64,000 nucleotides of DNA from Patescibacteria group bacterium (GCA_018609195.1 JAHCSE010000018.1:4750-68749), one strand, 5' to 3'. Positions 18,454 through 27,632 are shown, counted from the first letter of the stretch. The notes: generated by a model from the sequence alone, not told the origin. Numbers and translations: made by a program.

Positions 18454-18888
18454 ATGGCAAAATCAAATCACAATGCCAAGGGATGGCCTCGAGATAGCTA
18501 CACCGGCCCCGGCGGCGGACTATATACCGACCCAGGGGGAGGGCTTTATACCGGTCCTGGCGGCGGAGCGTATACTGGACCCGGCGGCGGTCTTTACACA
18601 GGGCCTGGAGGAGGTTTGTACACTGGGCCAGGTGGCGGATTATATACCGGACCGGGTGGTGGCCTCTACACTGGCCCCGGTGGTGGATTATCTACGGGTC
18701 CGGGAGGAAGTCTTTATACAGGCCCAGGTGGAGGGCTGTACACTGGACCCGGTGGGGGTCTTTATACTGGACCATGCGAAGAACCTTACTATAGCAATTG
18801 GCCGCCTAGGGAAGTTTTTCTCAAACACTTAAAGGAGCTTGGTATGGATGATATATACCAGCTTCTCAAAGATAGTTGGGGTTTATAA
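18454..18888 (+). CDS. Gly/Tyr-rich octapeptide-repeat protein with small alpha-helical C-terminal domain
   Basis: 15-aa head, 11.5 x (Y-T-G-P-G-G-G-L), 37-aa tail CEEPYYSNWPPREVFLKHLKELGMDDIYQLLKDSWGL. The repeat peptide is conserved only in this frame. Confidence 0.6.
   Translation: MAKSNHNAKGWPRDSYTGPGGGLYTDPGGGLYTGPGGGAYTGPGGGLYTGPGGGLYTGPGGGLYTGPGGGLYTGPGGGLSTGPGGSLYTGPGGGLYTGPGGGLYTGPCEEPYYSNWPPREVFLKHLKELGMDDIYQLLKDSWGL
18499..18774 (+). repeat. 11.5 tandem 24-nt repeats (coding)
   Basis: Units differ mostly at third codon positions (e.g. ggc/ggt/gga/ggg, ctt/ttg/tta/ctc/ctg). Confidence 0.9.
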
Positions 18889-19168
18889 AAAATACTTAAT
18901 TTACTATGGCAAGAAAACGAAAAGCAGACCTGGAAAAAATTGGAAGTTGAATCTGTGGAAGTTTGACTCCCACAGACTCTTCTAATTATTTGAATCAGTT
19001 TTAAATCAATCAATGACAGGCAAGTTGATTAAATGAGTATATACAAGCAAAAACCCCACACTACAGCAAAGCTGAGTACGGGGCAGGCTTTTAGAACACC
19101 CTGAAGTATGCCTCGCGGAGTTTACCCCGTATCAAATTTATTCTGATGCGGGGCTCGGCAACTACAGG

Positions 19169-19243
19169 GCAAGAAAACAAAAACTTCAAGAATTATTCGA
19201 AAGCGTTTTAAATAAAGCATTTAAAGGAGAATTGGTAGAATAA
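19169..19243 (+). pseudogene. possible remnant of a restriction-modification specificity (HsdS-like) gene C-terminus
   Basis: Frame ending at TAA 19241-19243 reads ..ARKQKLQELFESVLNKAFKGELVE*. This resembles the conserved C-terminal helix of S subunits. No start codon or upstream domain is present. Confidence 0.35.
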
Positions 19244-19251
19244 AAAGAAAT

Positions 19252-19884
19252 ATGTTAGTTTTTATTGACGAGTCTGGAGATCCAGGATTAAAAATAGAAA
19301 AAGGATCTAGTCGATATTTCACGGTATCGTTGGTTATATTTGAGGAGAGAGATGAGGCCTTGGCTTGCGATCAGAGAATCAATCTTTTGAGAAAAGAATT
19401 AGGCTGGGAGCCAAATAGCGAATTCCATTTTAAAAGAAACTCCGATAAGGTAAGGCGGGCTTTTTTACAGGCGGTGGCTCCATATAATTTTTTCTATTAT
19501 GGAATTGTTATTAATAAAGACCCCAAAAAGCTTTGGGGTGAGGGTTTTAGAGATAAAAAATCTTTTTATAAATATACTTGTGGTTTAGTATTTGAAAATG
19601 CAAAAGAGAAGTTAGAAAGCGCAATCATCATAATTGATAAAAGCGGAAATTTAGATTTTAGAAGACAGTTGGCAAAATATTTACGAAAGAGAATGAATGA
19701 AAGAGATAAGAAATTAATTAGAAAAGTAAAAATGCAACGATCGAGTGGGAATAATTTATTGCAGTTAGCGGATTATGTTGCGGGTGTGATAAATAGATCT
19801 ATCCAAAAAGGGAAGAAATATGCAGAGGAATACAGAAAAATCATAGCGCATAGAGAAATTTATGTTCAAATTTGGCCAAAATAA
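19252..19884 (+). CDS. DUF3800 domain protein
   Basis: MLVFIDESGDPG N-terminus and C-terminal LLQLADYVAG, typical of DUF3800. Confidence 0.8.
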   Translation: MLVFIDESGDPGLKIEKGSSRYFTVSLVIFEERDEALACDQRINLLRKELGWEPNSEFHFKRNSDKVRRAFLQAVAPYNFFYYGIVINKDPKKLWGEGFRDKKSFYKYTCGLVFENAKEKLESAIIIIDKSGNLDFRRQLAKYLRKRMNERDKKLIRKVKMQRSSGNNLLQLADYVAGVINRSIQKGKKYAEEYRKIIAHREIYVQIWPK

Positions 19885-20042
19885 GAACCTTGCCTTCGGC
19901 AGAACCTTGATTCCTTTGGAATTAAGAACCTCACCTTCGATGAGAACCTTGTTTTCTTGTTTCACTCGAAAATAAAACTTCCGAGCCTATCCCTTTCGGG
20001 AACGCGGCGATAAACGCCACAGTTCAGCTCGGAAGCAATTCC
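19885..20042 (-). ncRNA. candidate structured sRNA convergent on DUF3800 (three-way junction + AGGTTCT/hairpin repeats)
   Basis: Minus-strand TTGACA (20078-20073), 18 nt, TAATAT (20054-20049). Then CUUCCGAGC..GCUCGGAAG closes two hairpins (GUGGCG/CGCCGC, UCCC-GAAA-GGGA) followed by UUUUAUUUU. After that come 4 x AGGUUCU separated by small hairpins. Confidence 0.4.
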
Positions 20043-20165
20043 ATTTCTATATTAGCAAATTTCAAGAAGGGTTGTCAATACTCTAACTTAGTTCTTGAAA
20101 CCCTCCTTTATAGTTTCTCATTTGTCTTATGAATAACTCGTCTTTATTAATTGAATCTCCAAATC

Positions 20166-21452
20166 ATGAAAGAAGAAAATAAGCAAAAAGCTGAGAAAAT
20201 TTTTTCTATTTCTGATTATATTAAAATTGTAAACCAGGGCTTGAAAGATTTTAGAGCAAAAATTATAGGAGAAATTAGCGAGGTTAGTTTTGGTCCCACG
20301 GGCCATGTCTATTTTTCCCTAAAAGACGAAAAAGATGGAAGTATAATAAAATGTATAATTTGGAAATCCAGATATAATATTTATGGCATTGAATTAAAAG
20401 AGGGGCTTAAAATTATTGCTTCCGGGTATCCTGAAATATATCCGCTATCAGGAAGGCTATCTTTTATAGCCGAAGTCATTGAATATGCCGGAGAAGGGAC
20501 TTTGAAAAAAGAGTATGAAAAATTAAAGAAAAAATTAACCACAGAGGGGCTTTTTGAAGAATCTAGAAAGCGGCCAATTCCAAAATATCCGCAGAAAGTC
20601 GGAATGATTACATCACGACAAGGGGCGGTTCTTGCTGATTTTTTAAATAACTTAGGGAGGTTTGGATTTAAAGTTAAAATGATTGATTCTCGAGTAGAAG
20701 GGCAAGCTGCTATTGCCGATTTATTGCTTTCAATTAAAACGTTTAAAAAAGAAGACATAGAAGTATTGGTAATTATGCGCGGGGGAGGTTCTTTAGAATC
20801 AATGCTGGCATTTAATAATGAATTATTGGCTAGGGAAATAGCTAATTTTCCAGTCCCGGTAATTGCGGCAATCGGTCACCATAAAGATGTTCCCCTTGCA
20901 GCATTAGCGGCTGATGTAATGGTTTCTACGCCAAGCATTGCGGCAACCGTTCTTAGCGAGTCGTGGGAACAAGCAGCTTTACTATTAGAGGAATACGAAA
21001 GAGATATTATTAGTTCTTATGAGGATGTATTGGAAAACGCCGATTCATTAATAAATCAATCGGTAGATACAATTCGTGGAATAAATAATTTAATTTTTGA
21101 TAAATACAGAGAGATTGAAACCTCGCTAAAGATTTCTTTTCAAGGATTTAAGAATGCTCTCCAGAATTGTAAAATTAATTTAAAAAGCTCATGGAGAAAA
21201 TCCATATTTGGATTTAAATCATTAGTATCAATAATCAATCAGCAATTAGAGCACTCGGATAAAATTGTTTATCTTCGTAATCCAGAAACCCAACTTAAAC
21301 TTGGGTACAGTATTGCACGATGTAATGGTAGATTGATTAGAAGTATACGAAATACTAAAATAGGAGAAGATGTAGATATCCGTGTAGTGGATGGAACAAT
21401 TATTTCTAAAGTAAAAAATATTAGTAAAATTAATAAAAAGCAAAATGCCTAA
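20166..21452 (+). CDS. xseA: exodeoxyribonuclease VII large subunit
   Basis: N-terminal OB-fold region, IMRGGGSLE motif, long C-terminal helical region. TTG 20151 is an alternative start. Confidence 0.85.
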   Translation: MKEENKQKAEKIFSISDYIKIVNQGLKDFRAKIIGEISEVSFGPTGHVYFSLKDEKDGSIIKCIIWKSRYNIYGIELKEGLKIIASGYPEIYPLSGRLSFIAEVIEYAGEGTLKKEYEKLKKKLTTEGLFEESRKRPIPKYPQKVGMITSRQGAVLADFLNNLGRFGFKVKMIDSRVEGQAAIADLLLSIKTFKKEDIEVLVIMRGGGSLESMLAFNNELLAREIANFPVPVIAAIGHHKDVPLAALAADVMVSTPSIAATVLSESWEQAALLLEEYERDIISSYEDVLENADSLINQSVDTIRGINNLIFDKYREIETSLKISFQGFKNALQNCKINLKSSWRKSIFGFKSLVSIINQQLEHSDKIVYLRNPETQLKLGYSIARCNGRLIRSIRNTKIGEDVDIRVVDGTIISKVKNISKINKKQNA

Positions 21453-21741
21453 AGAAAAACCAGATATTAAAAATTTAAGCAACAATCTTAAACAGCTTTC
21501 TAAAATTACCGAATGGTTTGAAAACCAGGAAGATATTGATATTGAAGAAGGTTTGAAAAAAGTAAAAGAAGCAGCAGTCCTTATTAAAGCCAGTAAAGAA
21601 CGACTTAAAACGATTGAGAATGAATTTAAAGAAATAAAAAAAGAAGTAGACCTCGAAGAAGAAAATAATGAAGACGAGGATAATAATACTGATAAGGAAG
21701 TAGAGGGGGACGACGTAGGCTCAAAAAACATACCACTTTGA
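21445..21741 (+). CDS. xseB: exodeoxyribonuclease VII small subunit
   Basis: Overlaps the xseA stop. L..I..WFE..E.DIEEGLKK..EA motif; acidic tail. Confidence 0.75.
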   Translation: MPKEKPDIKNLSNNLKQLSKITEWFENQEDIDIEEGLKKVKEAAVLIKASKERLKTIENEFKEIKKEVDLEEENNEDEDNNTDKEVEGDDVGSKNIPL

Positions 21742-22101
21742 GACATCCTTAAAAGCCGCCGAAATTCCCCTTAAAAAGCGGGTTCTAGACCGAGGTCGCC
21801 AGCCAGTATCTTTTGTCTTTTTTTTTGAAAGTGAATTGACTTTTACTTCTAAAAGAGTTAGGATTAAAAAGAATATGAGAAAAAGTAAAAAAGCTAGAAG
21901 AAAACAAAGATTAAAAAAAAGATTGTTCAAGAATATCTTTAAAAGAAAAGGATAATGCCTGCTAAAGTAATAAATATCAATTTGACAGAGAAAAACATTT
22001 CCTGTATATTTGAGAATAGCAGTTCTTTTTTCTCAAGGAAGTACTGTAATTTCTAAGTTGAGAACAAGGTCGGTAAAATTTAATTAATCAATTTTCTAGA
22101 A

Positions 22102-22362
22102 ATGAATAAAAAACTTTATATAGGAAGTCTTTCTTTCGATACTACCGAAGATGGTCTTCGCGATCACTTTGCAAAAGCAGGTAAAGTAGAGTCAGCAAGT
22201 ATCATCATAGATAGAACTTCTGGTAGATCAAAAGGATTTGGTTTTGTAGAAATGTCTTCAGAGGACGAAGCGAAAAAGGCAATAGAAATGTTTGATGGAA
22301 AAGAATTAGATGGAAGAACTATTGTAGTAAATGAAGCAAGGCCAATGAAAGAAAGGTTTTAA
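22102..22362 (+). CDS. RRM-type RNA-binding protein
   Basis: LYIGSLSF (RNP-2) and KGFGFVEM (RNP-1). Confidence 0.85.
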   Translation: MNKKLYIGSLSFDTTEDGLRDHFAKAGKVESASIIIDRTSGRSKGFGFVEMSSEDEAKKAIEMFDGKELDGRTIVVNEARPMKERF

Positions 22363-22384
22363 AAAACTCCTAAACTGATGAACA

Positions 22385-22407
22385 AAAAGCCCCTAAGGGG
22401 CTTTTTG
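22385..22407 (+). terminator. intrinsic terminator
   Basis: aaaagcccctaaggggcttttt. Confidence 0.75.
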
Positions 22408-22556
22408 CGTTTAAGAAACAGGAAATTAGGGACGGTTTTGAATTTTCAGAAATAGTGAGTAGTCCTTCACGGTGGCCAGCATTGACGGATTGAGCTCATT
22501 TTATTACCATACAAGTAGCACATTTAAGTAGCATACTCGTAAAAAGGAGGGATTTT

Positions 22557-23552
22557 GTGTCTTTTCAGGTTTTGGTAGCTAAACCCCGGGGATTTTGCAG
22601 TGGTGTAGAAATGGCCATCGATACACTGGAAATCGTGCTTGAGCTCTATGACCCGCCGATTTATATGAAGCACAAAATTGTGCACAATGACCACGTAGTT
22701 CAACATTTTAAGGAAAAAGGGGTAATCTTTGTGGAGAGAATCGAAGAAATTCCCCAGGGAGCTACGGTTGTCTTCTCAGCCCATGGTTCACCTCCTGAGG
22801 ATCATAAGATAGCGAGCTCAAGAAGAATTACGGTCGTTGATACAACATGTCCATTAGTGCTGAAAGTTCACAAAGAAGCTATCTTTTACGCAAAGAAGGA
22901 TAAGGAAAACACCATCATTATTGTCGGCCATCATGATCATGTGGAGCCTCGTGGAGTATTAGGACAAATCCCGAAAGAACAGAGAAGACTGGTTGAGACC
23001 GTTAAAGACGCTGAAACTGTCGAGGTTGCAGATCCAACAAAAGTAGTCCGCCTTACCCAGACCACCCTTTCCGTAGATGATATGAAAGAGGTCACCTCAG
23101 CCCTAAGGCAGCGCTTTCCTCAGCTTTTGGAGCCGGAAGATATCTGCTATGCAACTGATAACCGTCAAGCTGCGGTGAAGAAATTAGTAAGAAAAGCAGA
23201 TGTTGTGCTTGTTGTGGGCTCTGAAGAAAGCTCAAACAGCAAACGGTTGAGAGAAGTTGCTGAAATTTATGGGGCAGAAGCTCATCTTATAGATAGAGCA
23301 AGCGATATTAATCTTGATTGGCTCAAGGATGCAAAAATAGTAGGGGTGACTTCAGGAGCCTCCACTCCAGAAATCCTTGTTAAGGAAGTGTTAACTTCTT
23401 TAGAAAAACATGGAGCAAGTAGTATCGAAGAACTGACAGTTATTGAAGAAGACGTTTCCCCTTTTAAACTGCCAGAGAATGTAGTGCGTAAAGCCAAGGA
23501 AAAAGGGCAAGACCCTGCAAAAATCAGAAGAACCATAGCTCAACAATGGTAA
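22557..23552 (+). CDS. ispH: 4-hydroxy-3-methylbut-2-enyl diphosphate reductase
   Basis: GTG start after GGAGGG. PRGFCSGVEMAI, TTCPLV and HGS motifs of IspH/LytB. Confidence 0.9.
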   Translation: MSFQVLVAKPRGFCSGVEMAIDTLEIVLELYDPPIYMKHKIVHNDHVVQHFKEKGVIFVERIEEIPQGATVVFSAHGSPPEDHKIASSRRITVVDTTCPLVLKVHKEAIFYAKKDKENTIIIVGHHDHVEPRGVLGQIPKEQRRLVETVKDAETVEVADPTKVVRLTQTTLSVDDMKEVTSALRQRFPQLLEPEDICYATDNRQAAVKKLVRKADVVLVVGSEESSNSKRLREVAEIYGAEAHLIDRASDINLDWLKDAKIVGVTSGASTPEILVKEVLTSLEKHGASSIEELTVIEEDVSPFKLPENVVRKAKEKGQDPAKIRRTIAQQW

Positions 23553-23560
23553 GTTCCAAA

Positions 23561-23592
23561 GCGACTCAACAATAGCGAGAGTCGCTTTTTTT
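23561..23592 (+). terminator. intrinsic terminator
   Basis: GCGACTC..GAGTCGC + ttttttt. Confidence 0.7.
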
Positions 23593-23668
23593 ATCATCCT
23601 CATCGGATGATGTGCCGGAGAGGCACATTTCTCTGGACTCAAAATCAGTATCTTGATATATTTTAACT

Positions 23669-24331
23669 ATGTTTCCTCTTTATGATAAATCAGCTCCTCG
23701 TCTAAAGCCTCCCTATGTTACTCTGGCCTTAATTTTTATTAATGTTTTAGTATTTATATTTGTTTTTTTCAGCGGAAATTTCGAAGAAATAATTTTCCAA
23801 TACGGAACAATTCCTAGTCAGATTTTAGAAGGCGAACGACTCTTCACATTATTTACTTCCATATTTTTACATGCAGGTATTTTGCATTTAGTCGGTAACA
23901 TGTGGTTTTTGTGGATTTTTGGAGATAATATTGAGTACAATTTAGGAAAAATAAAATTTTTAATTTTTTATCTGGCAGTAGGCATCTTTGCCAGTCTTTT
24001 TCATGTCTTCGGAGCCCCAGCAGCACAAGCCGGCATCCCGGCAATTGGTGCCTCGGGAGCTATTTCTGGAGTGTTGGGAAGCTATGTAATTCTTTATCCT
24101 AAAAATAGAATTCGAGCTTTTATAATAATTTTTTTTCACCCTATCCTTTTCTGGGTTCCGGCCTATCTTTATGTAGGTGCGTGGTTTTTCTATCAATTAG
24201 CCTACATTGGCCAGCCAACTTCCATTGCTTATTTAGCCCACATTGGAGGGTTCATATCTGGCATTATTTTAATTTTGCTTTTGAGAAGGAAAGGCATTAG
24301 AGGCGTGCCTCTTCGGCACGTCCGCCGATGA
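23669..24331 (+). CDS. rhomboid family intramembrane serine protease
   Basis: HLVGNM, GASGAISGVLG (catalytic Ser) and AHIGGF (catalytic His). Confidence 0.8.
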   Translation: MFPLYDKSAPRLKPPYVTLALIFINVLVFIFVFFSGNFEEIIFQYGTIPSQILEGERLFTLFTSIFLHAGILHLVGNMWFLWIFGDNIEYNLGKIKFLIFYLAVGIFASLFHVFGAPAAQAGIPAIGASGAISGVLGSYVILYPKNRIRAFIIIFFHPILFWVPAYLYVGAWFFYQLAYIGQPTSIAYLAHIGGFISGIILILLLRRKGIRGVPLRHVRR

Positions 24332-24373
24332 GGCGGATTTGACAGAAATTTTCGCTAGTTTTATATTAAGCTA

Positions 24374-25771
24374 ATGGCAAGAAGAGTCTCAAAAAGGAAA
24401 AAAGGATTAAAGAAAAGAAAAAAGATTAAAAAAATCCGAAAATCTCAGGTTCAAGAGAAAGTTTTTGATTTTCAACCAAGGAAAATCAAAATGAAGGTAG
24501 TTGGCATTGGTGGAGGAGGAAGTTCAATTGTTTCAGGAATTGCTCCTAAATTAAAGAAAATAAAATTTGTGGTAGCCAATACCGACCTACAAGCTTTAAA
24601 GAAATCAGCGAAAGGGGTTACAAAATTTCATTTTGGTAAAGATTTTACTCGAGGACTGGGAACGGGAATGAATCCTGAGTTAGCTGAGAGAGCTGCTCTG
24701 GCAGAAATAGAAAAAATTAAAAAAATTTTTCGGGGTCAAGATCTCTCGATTTTAATTTCTTGTCTGGGAGGAGGAACAGGATCAGGAGCTACCCCTATCT
24801 TTGGTCAAGCAGCTAAAGATTTAAAAAATTATACATTAGGTATTTTTACTTTGCCTTTTTTGTTTGAAGGGGAAAAAAGGTTAGCAATAGCATTAAATGC
24901 CCTGGAAAAAATAAGGCCAAATTTAAATTCAATTGTTATTGTTCCCAATGAAAGAGTTTTCCAGTTAATTTCTCAAAAAACGCCAATTAAAGAGGCTTTC
25001 TCTGCTATTAATAAGATTTTAGCTGAAAACTTGGAGGGATTGATTGAAATGTTATATTTAGCAGGTTTAATTAATATTGATTTTGCTGATGTAAAAACTA
25101 TTCTCTCTGGGAAAGGAAGGCTTTCTTATTTACATACAGTTTTGATTCAAGGGGGAAATAAGGTTGAAGAAGAAGCTAAGAAAATCTTGGAAAATCCATT
25201 TTATGAATATACAATGGAAGGGGCAGACAGAATCTTATTTAATATTTCAGGTGGGAAAGATTTGAAAATTACAGAAGTTGAAAAAATTAGTAAACGCATC
25301 GCAGATTCCAATAAAAAAGCAAAAATTATTTTTGGAATATCGGAGAATGAAAAATACAAAAATAAAATAAAAATTACGCTGCTGGCCGTAGGCTGTAGAG
25401 AAAAACCAAAAATTTCTACTCCAGCCAAGAAAAAGATTTCTAAAATTAAAAAAATCACTAAAATTACTCGCCTCGCTCTCGCCTCGCCTCGGCGGAGCGG
25501 GTCGGAGGCGAAGCGGGCTCGCCTCGCTGAAGCTACGGCGAAGCGGGCCAAAAAGTCTAAAAAAAACAAAAAGAAAGAGATTAAATCAGAAGAGTCTAGT
25601 ACTAGTAAAAATCTAGTCTTTTCTCCAGAAATTAAAGAGGAGAAAACGGAGATGAAAACGAGGAGAAATGCTCTGGAACTAAAACAAGAAGCAGAGCAGG
25701 CTGAAAAAGAACACCTATCCAGAGAGGCTGCGTGGGATATTCCTGCTTTTTTAAGAAGGAGAAAAAAATAA
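24374..25771 (+). CDS. ftsZ: cell division GTPase FtsZ with basic N-extension and long C-terminal linker
   Basis: GIGGGGSSIV, GGGTGSGATPI (tubulin signature), and C-terminal DIPAFLRRRK peptide. Confidence 0.85.
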   Translation: MARRVSKRKKGLKKRKKIKKIRKSQVQEKVFDFQPRKIKMKVVGIGGGGSSIVSGIAPKLKKIKFVVANTDLQALKKSAKGVTKFHFGKDFTRGLGTGMNPELAERAALAEIEKIKKIFRGQDLSILISCLGGGTGSGATPIFGQAAKDLKNYTLGIFTLPFLFEGEKRLAIALNALEKIRPNLNSIVIVPNERVFQLISQKTPIKEAFSAINKILAENLEGLIEMLYLAGLINIDFADVKTILSGKGRLSYLHTVLIQGGNKVEEEAKKILENPFYEYTMEGADRILFNISGGKDLKITEVEKISKRIADSNKKAKIIFGISENEKYKNKIKITLLAVGCREKPKISTPAKKKISKIKKITKITRLALASPRRSGSEAKRARLAEATAKRAKKSKKNKKKEIKSEESSTSKNLVFSPEIKEEKTEMKTRRNALELKQEAEQAEKEHLSREAAWDIPAFLRRRKK

Positions 25772-25878
25772 TAAAAATAAAAAATCTCAGAATTATTTCT
25801 AATATAGAATTAAGAGTAGATGAAACTTAAATTTATCTACTCTTTTTTTAAAAATTTATGTTAAAATAAATAAATACT

Positions 25879-26757
25879 ATGGTAGAAATCAAAAAAGCAA
25901 TTATTCCAATCGCTGGTTTAGGAACAAGGTTTTTGCCGCTTAGTAAGGTGGTCCCAAAAGAGTTTTGGCCTTTAGTCGACAAACCCGTGCTTCAATATAT
26001 TGTTGAAGAAGTTAAGAATTCAGGAATCGAGGAGATAATCTTCGTCGTTCCGCCCGAAAAAAAATTTGTTTTGGATTACTTTAAAAAACCTAAAAAACTG
26101 GAAAAAATTTTGAAAGAAAAAAAACAAACTCATCTTTTGCCGGAAATAAAAAATTTACAAGAGCTCTTTAAAAATATTTCCTTTTCCTCTGTCTTTCAGA
26201 AAAAACCCTTAGGTGATGGACAAGCCATTTTGCAGGCGAAAAATAAAATAGGGAAAGAGCCCTGCGCCGTTTTATTCGCAGACGATGTTGTTGATTCAAA
26301 AACACCTTGTATTTCTCAGTTAATGAAAGTGTTCAAAACCTGCCAGAAGCCAGTTATAGCTCTTTTCCGCCTTCCTAAAGAAAAACTATCTGCTTATGGA
26401 ACAGTTAAGATTGAGAAAATTGCGCAGCGTATTTACAAAATTAAGGAAATTGTGGAAAAACCTCCCCTTGAAATCGCTCCTTCTAACTTAGCTATCGTTG
26501 GCAAATATATCATCACCTCTGAAGTTTTTGATTATCTGAAAATAACTCAACCTTCCCCAAGGGGGGAGATTCTACTCGCTGAGGCTTTGTCCAAAATGAT
26601 AAAAGATGGTAAAATAATTTATGGCTATGAATTTGAGGGGAGATGGTTAGAATGTGGAAATAAGCTTGACTGGCTAAAATCTCATTTTTATCTTTCATTA
26701 AATCACCCGGAAATTGGTCCCAAACTTAGGAAATATTTAAAAGAAATACAATTATGA
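25879..26757 (+). CDS. galU: UTP-glucose-1-phosphate uridylyltransferase
   Basis: KAIIPIAGLGTRFLPLSKVVPKE N-terminal motif. Confidence 0.85.
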   Translation: MVEIKKAIIPIAGLGTRFLPLSKVVPKEFWPLVDKPVLQYIVEEVKNSGIEEIIFVVPPEKKFVLDYFKKPKKLEKILKEKKQTHLLPEIKNLQELFKNISFSSVFQKKPLGDGQAILQAKNKIGKEPCAVLFADDVVDSKTPCISQLMKVFKTCQKPVIALFRLPKEKLSAYGTVKIEKIAQRIYKIKEIVEKPPLEIAPSNLAIVGKYIITSEVFDYLKITQPSPRGEILLAEALSKMIKDGKIIYGYEFEGRWLECGNKLDWLKSHFYLSLNHPEIGPKLRKYLKEIQL

Positions 26758-27617
26758 TTGAAGTAACCAAGGAGATCTTAAAAAAGATTTATCCAAAAAG
26801 GCCAAAAGTAGGCAAAAAATATGATTATGGTTTATTAGTGATTATTGGAGGGTCTGAATTTTATTCAGGGTCTCCGGCTTTGGCTGCATTAGCTGCCTTC
26901 CGATCAGGAGTGGATATGGTGAGAATTGTTGCTCCAAAAAGAGCAGCAGATATTATCGCTTCCTTTACTCCAGATTTAGCAGCTTACCCCTTAAAAGGTG
27001 ATTGGTTAACAAAAGAACATTTAGCCACTCTGCTTGGAATGACAGAAGGAGCAAAAGCGGTAGCGAGAGGAAAGACAGCCGTAGTCATTGGAGGAGGAAT
27101 GGGAAGATCTGAGGAAACCCAACAAACTATCTTGGATTTTCTTACTGAACTTTCTGTTCCCTGTATTATTGATGCCGATGCCATTTATGCTATAGCAGAA
27201 AAACCAGAGATAATTTCTGGCAAACCATTTTTAATCACTCCTCATGGGTATGAATTTTTTATCTTAACTAAAAAGGAAGTCACTGGAAAAAGTGATACGG
27301 AGCGAATAAAAATTGTTCAAGAAGAGGCTCAAAGATTGCAAACCACAATTTTGTTAAAAGGCGGGGTAGATATAATTTCTGATGGCAAAGAGGTAGCTTT
27401 AAACAAAACCGGAGTTTCCTTAATGACTGTCGGGGGAACGGGAGATACTTTAGCCGGAATTGCAGGGGCAATTTTAGCTCGAGGTATAAACCCATTTGAA
27501 GCAGGACAGGCTGCAGCCTATATAAATGGTTTAGCTGGTGAGAGAGCTGGTAAACAATTAGGAGAATCAGTAATTGCCACCGATTTAATCGAGAAAATCT
27601 CTGAAGTTTTAAAATAA
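26754..27617 (+). CDS. nnrD: ADP/ATP-dependent NAD(P)H-hydrate dehydratase (YjeF C-terminal family)
   Basis: Ribokinase-like fold with GGTGDTLAGI motif. Confidence 0.8.
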   Translation: MIEVTKEILKKIYPKRPKVGKKYDYGLLVIIGGSEFYSGSPALAALAAFRSGVDMVRIVAPKRAADIIASFTPDLAAYPLKGDWLTKEHLATLLGMTEGAKAVARGKTAVVIGGGMGRSEETQQTILDFLTELSVPCIIDADAIYAIAEKPEIISGKPFLITPHGYEFFILTKKEVTGKSDTERIKIVQEEAQRLQTTILLKGGVDIISDGKEVALNKTGVSLMTVGGTGDTLAGIAGAILARGINPFEAGQAAAYINGLAGERAGKQLGESVIATDLIEKISEVLK

Positions 27618-27632
27618 AATCTCAATCTTAAA

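Noticed and set aside
18473-18832. Alternative frame through the 24-nt repeats (119 aa)
   Set aside because: In this frame the repeat units translate to inconsistent peptides. Only the 18454 frame gives a conserved octapeptide with synonymous variation.
19765-19965. 66-aa minus-strand ORF (MKQENKVLIEGEVLNSKGIKVLPKARFL..)
   Set aside because: It runs antisense into the DUF3800 3' end, and its apparent repeats come from the AGGTTCT/hairpin repeats. It is better explained as RNA.
19975-20042. The three-way junction near DUF3800 as a hammerhead or other small ribozyme
   Set aside because: The junction strands (UGAACU / GUU / AUAG) do not match the CUGAUGA...GAAA hammerhead core or any other self-cleaving motif I can recall.
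21875-21955. 26-aa highly basic ORF (MRKSKKARRKQRLKKRLFKNIFKRKG*)
   Set aside because: A-rich DNA easily yields Lys/Arg-rich frames. There is no clear RBS and no resemblance to L34/L36-type ribosomal proteins.
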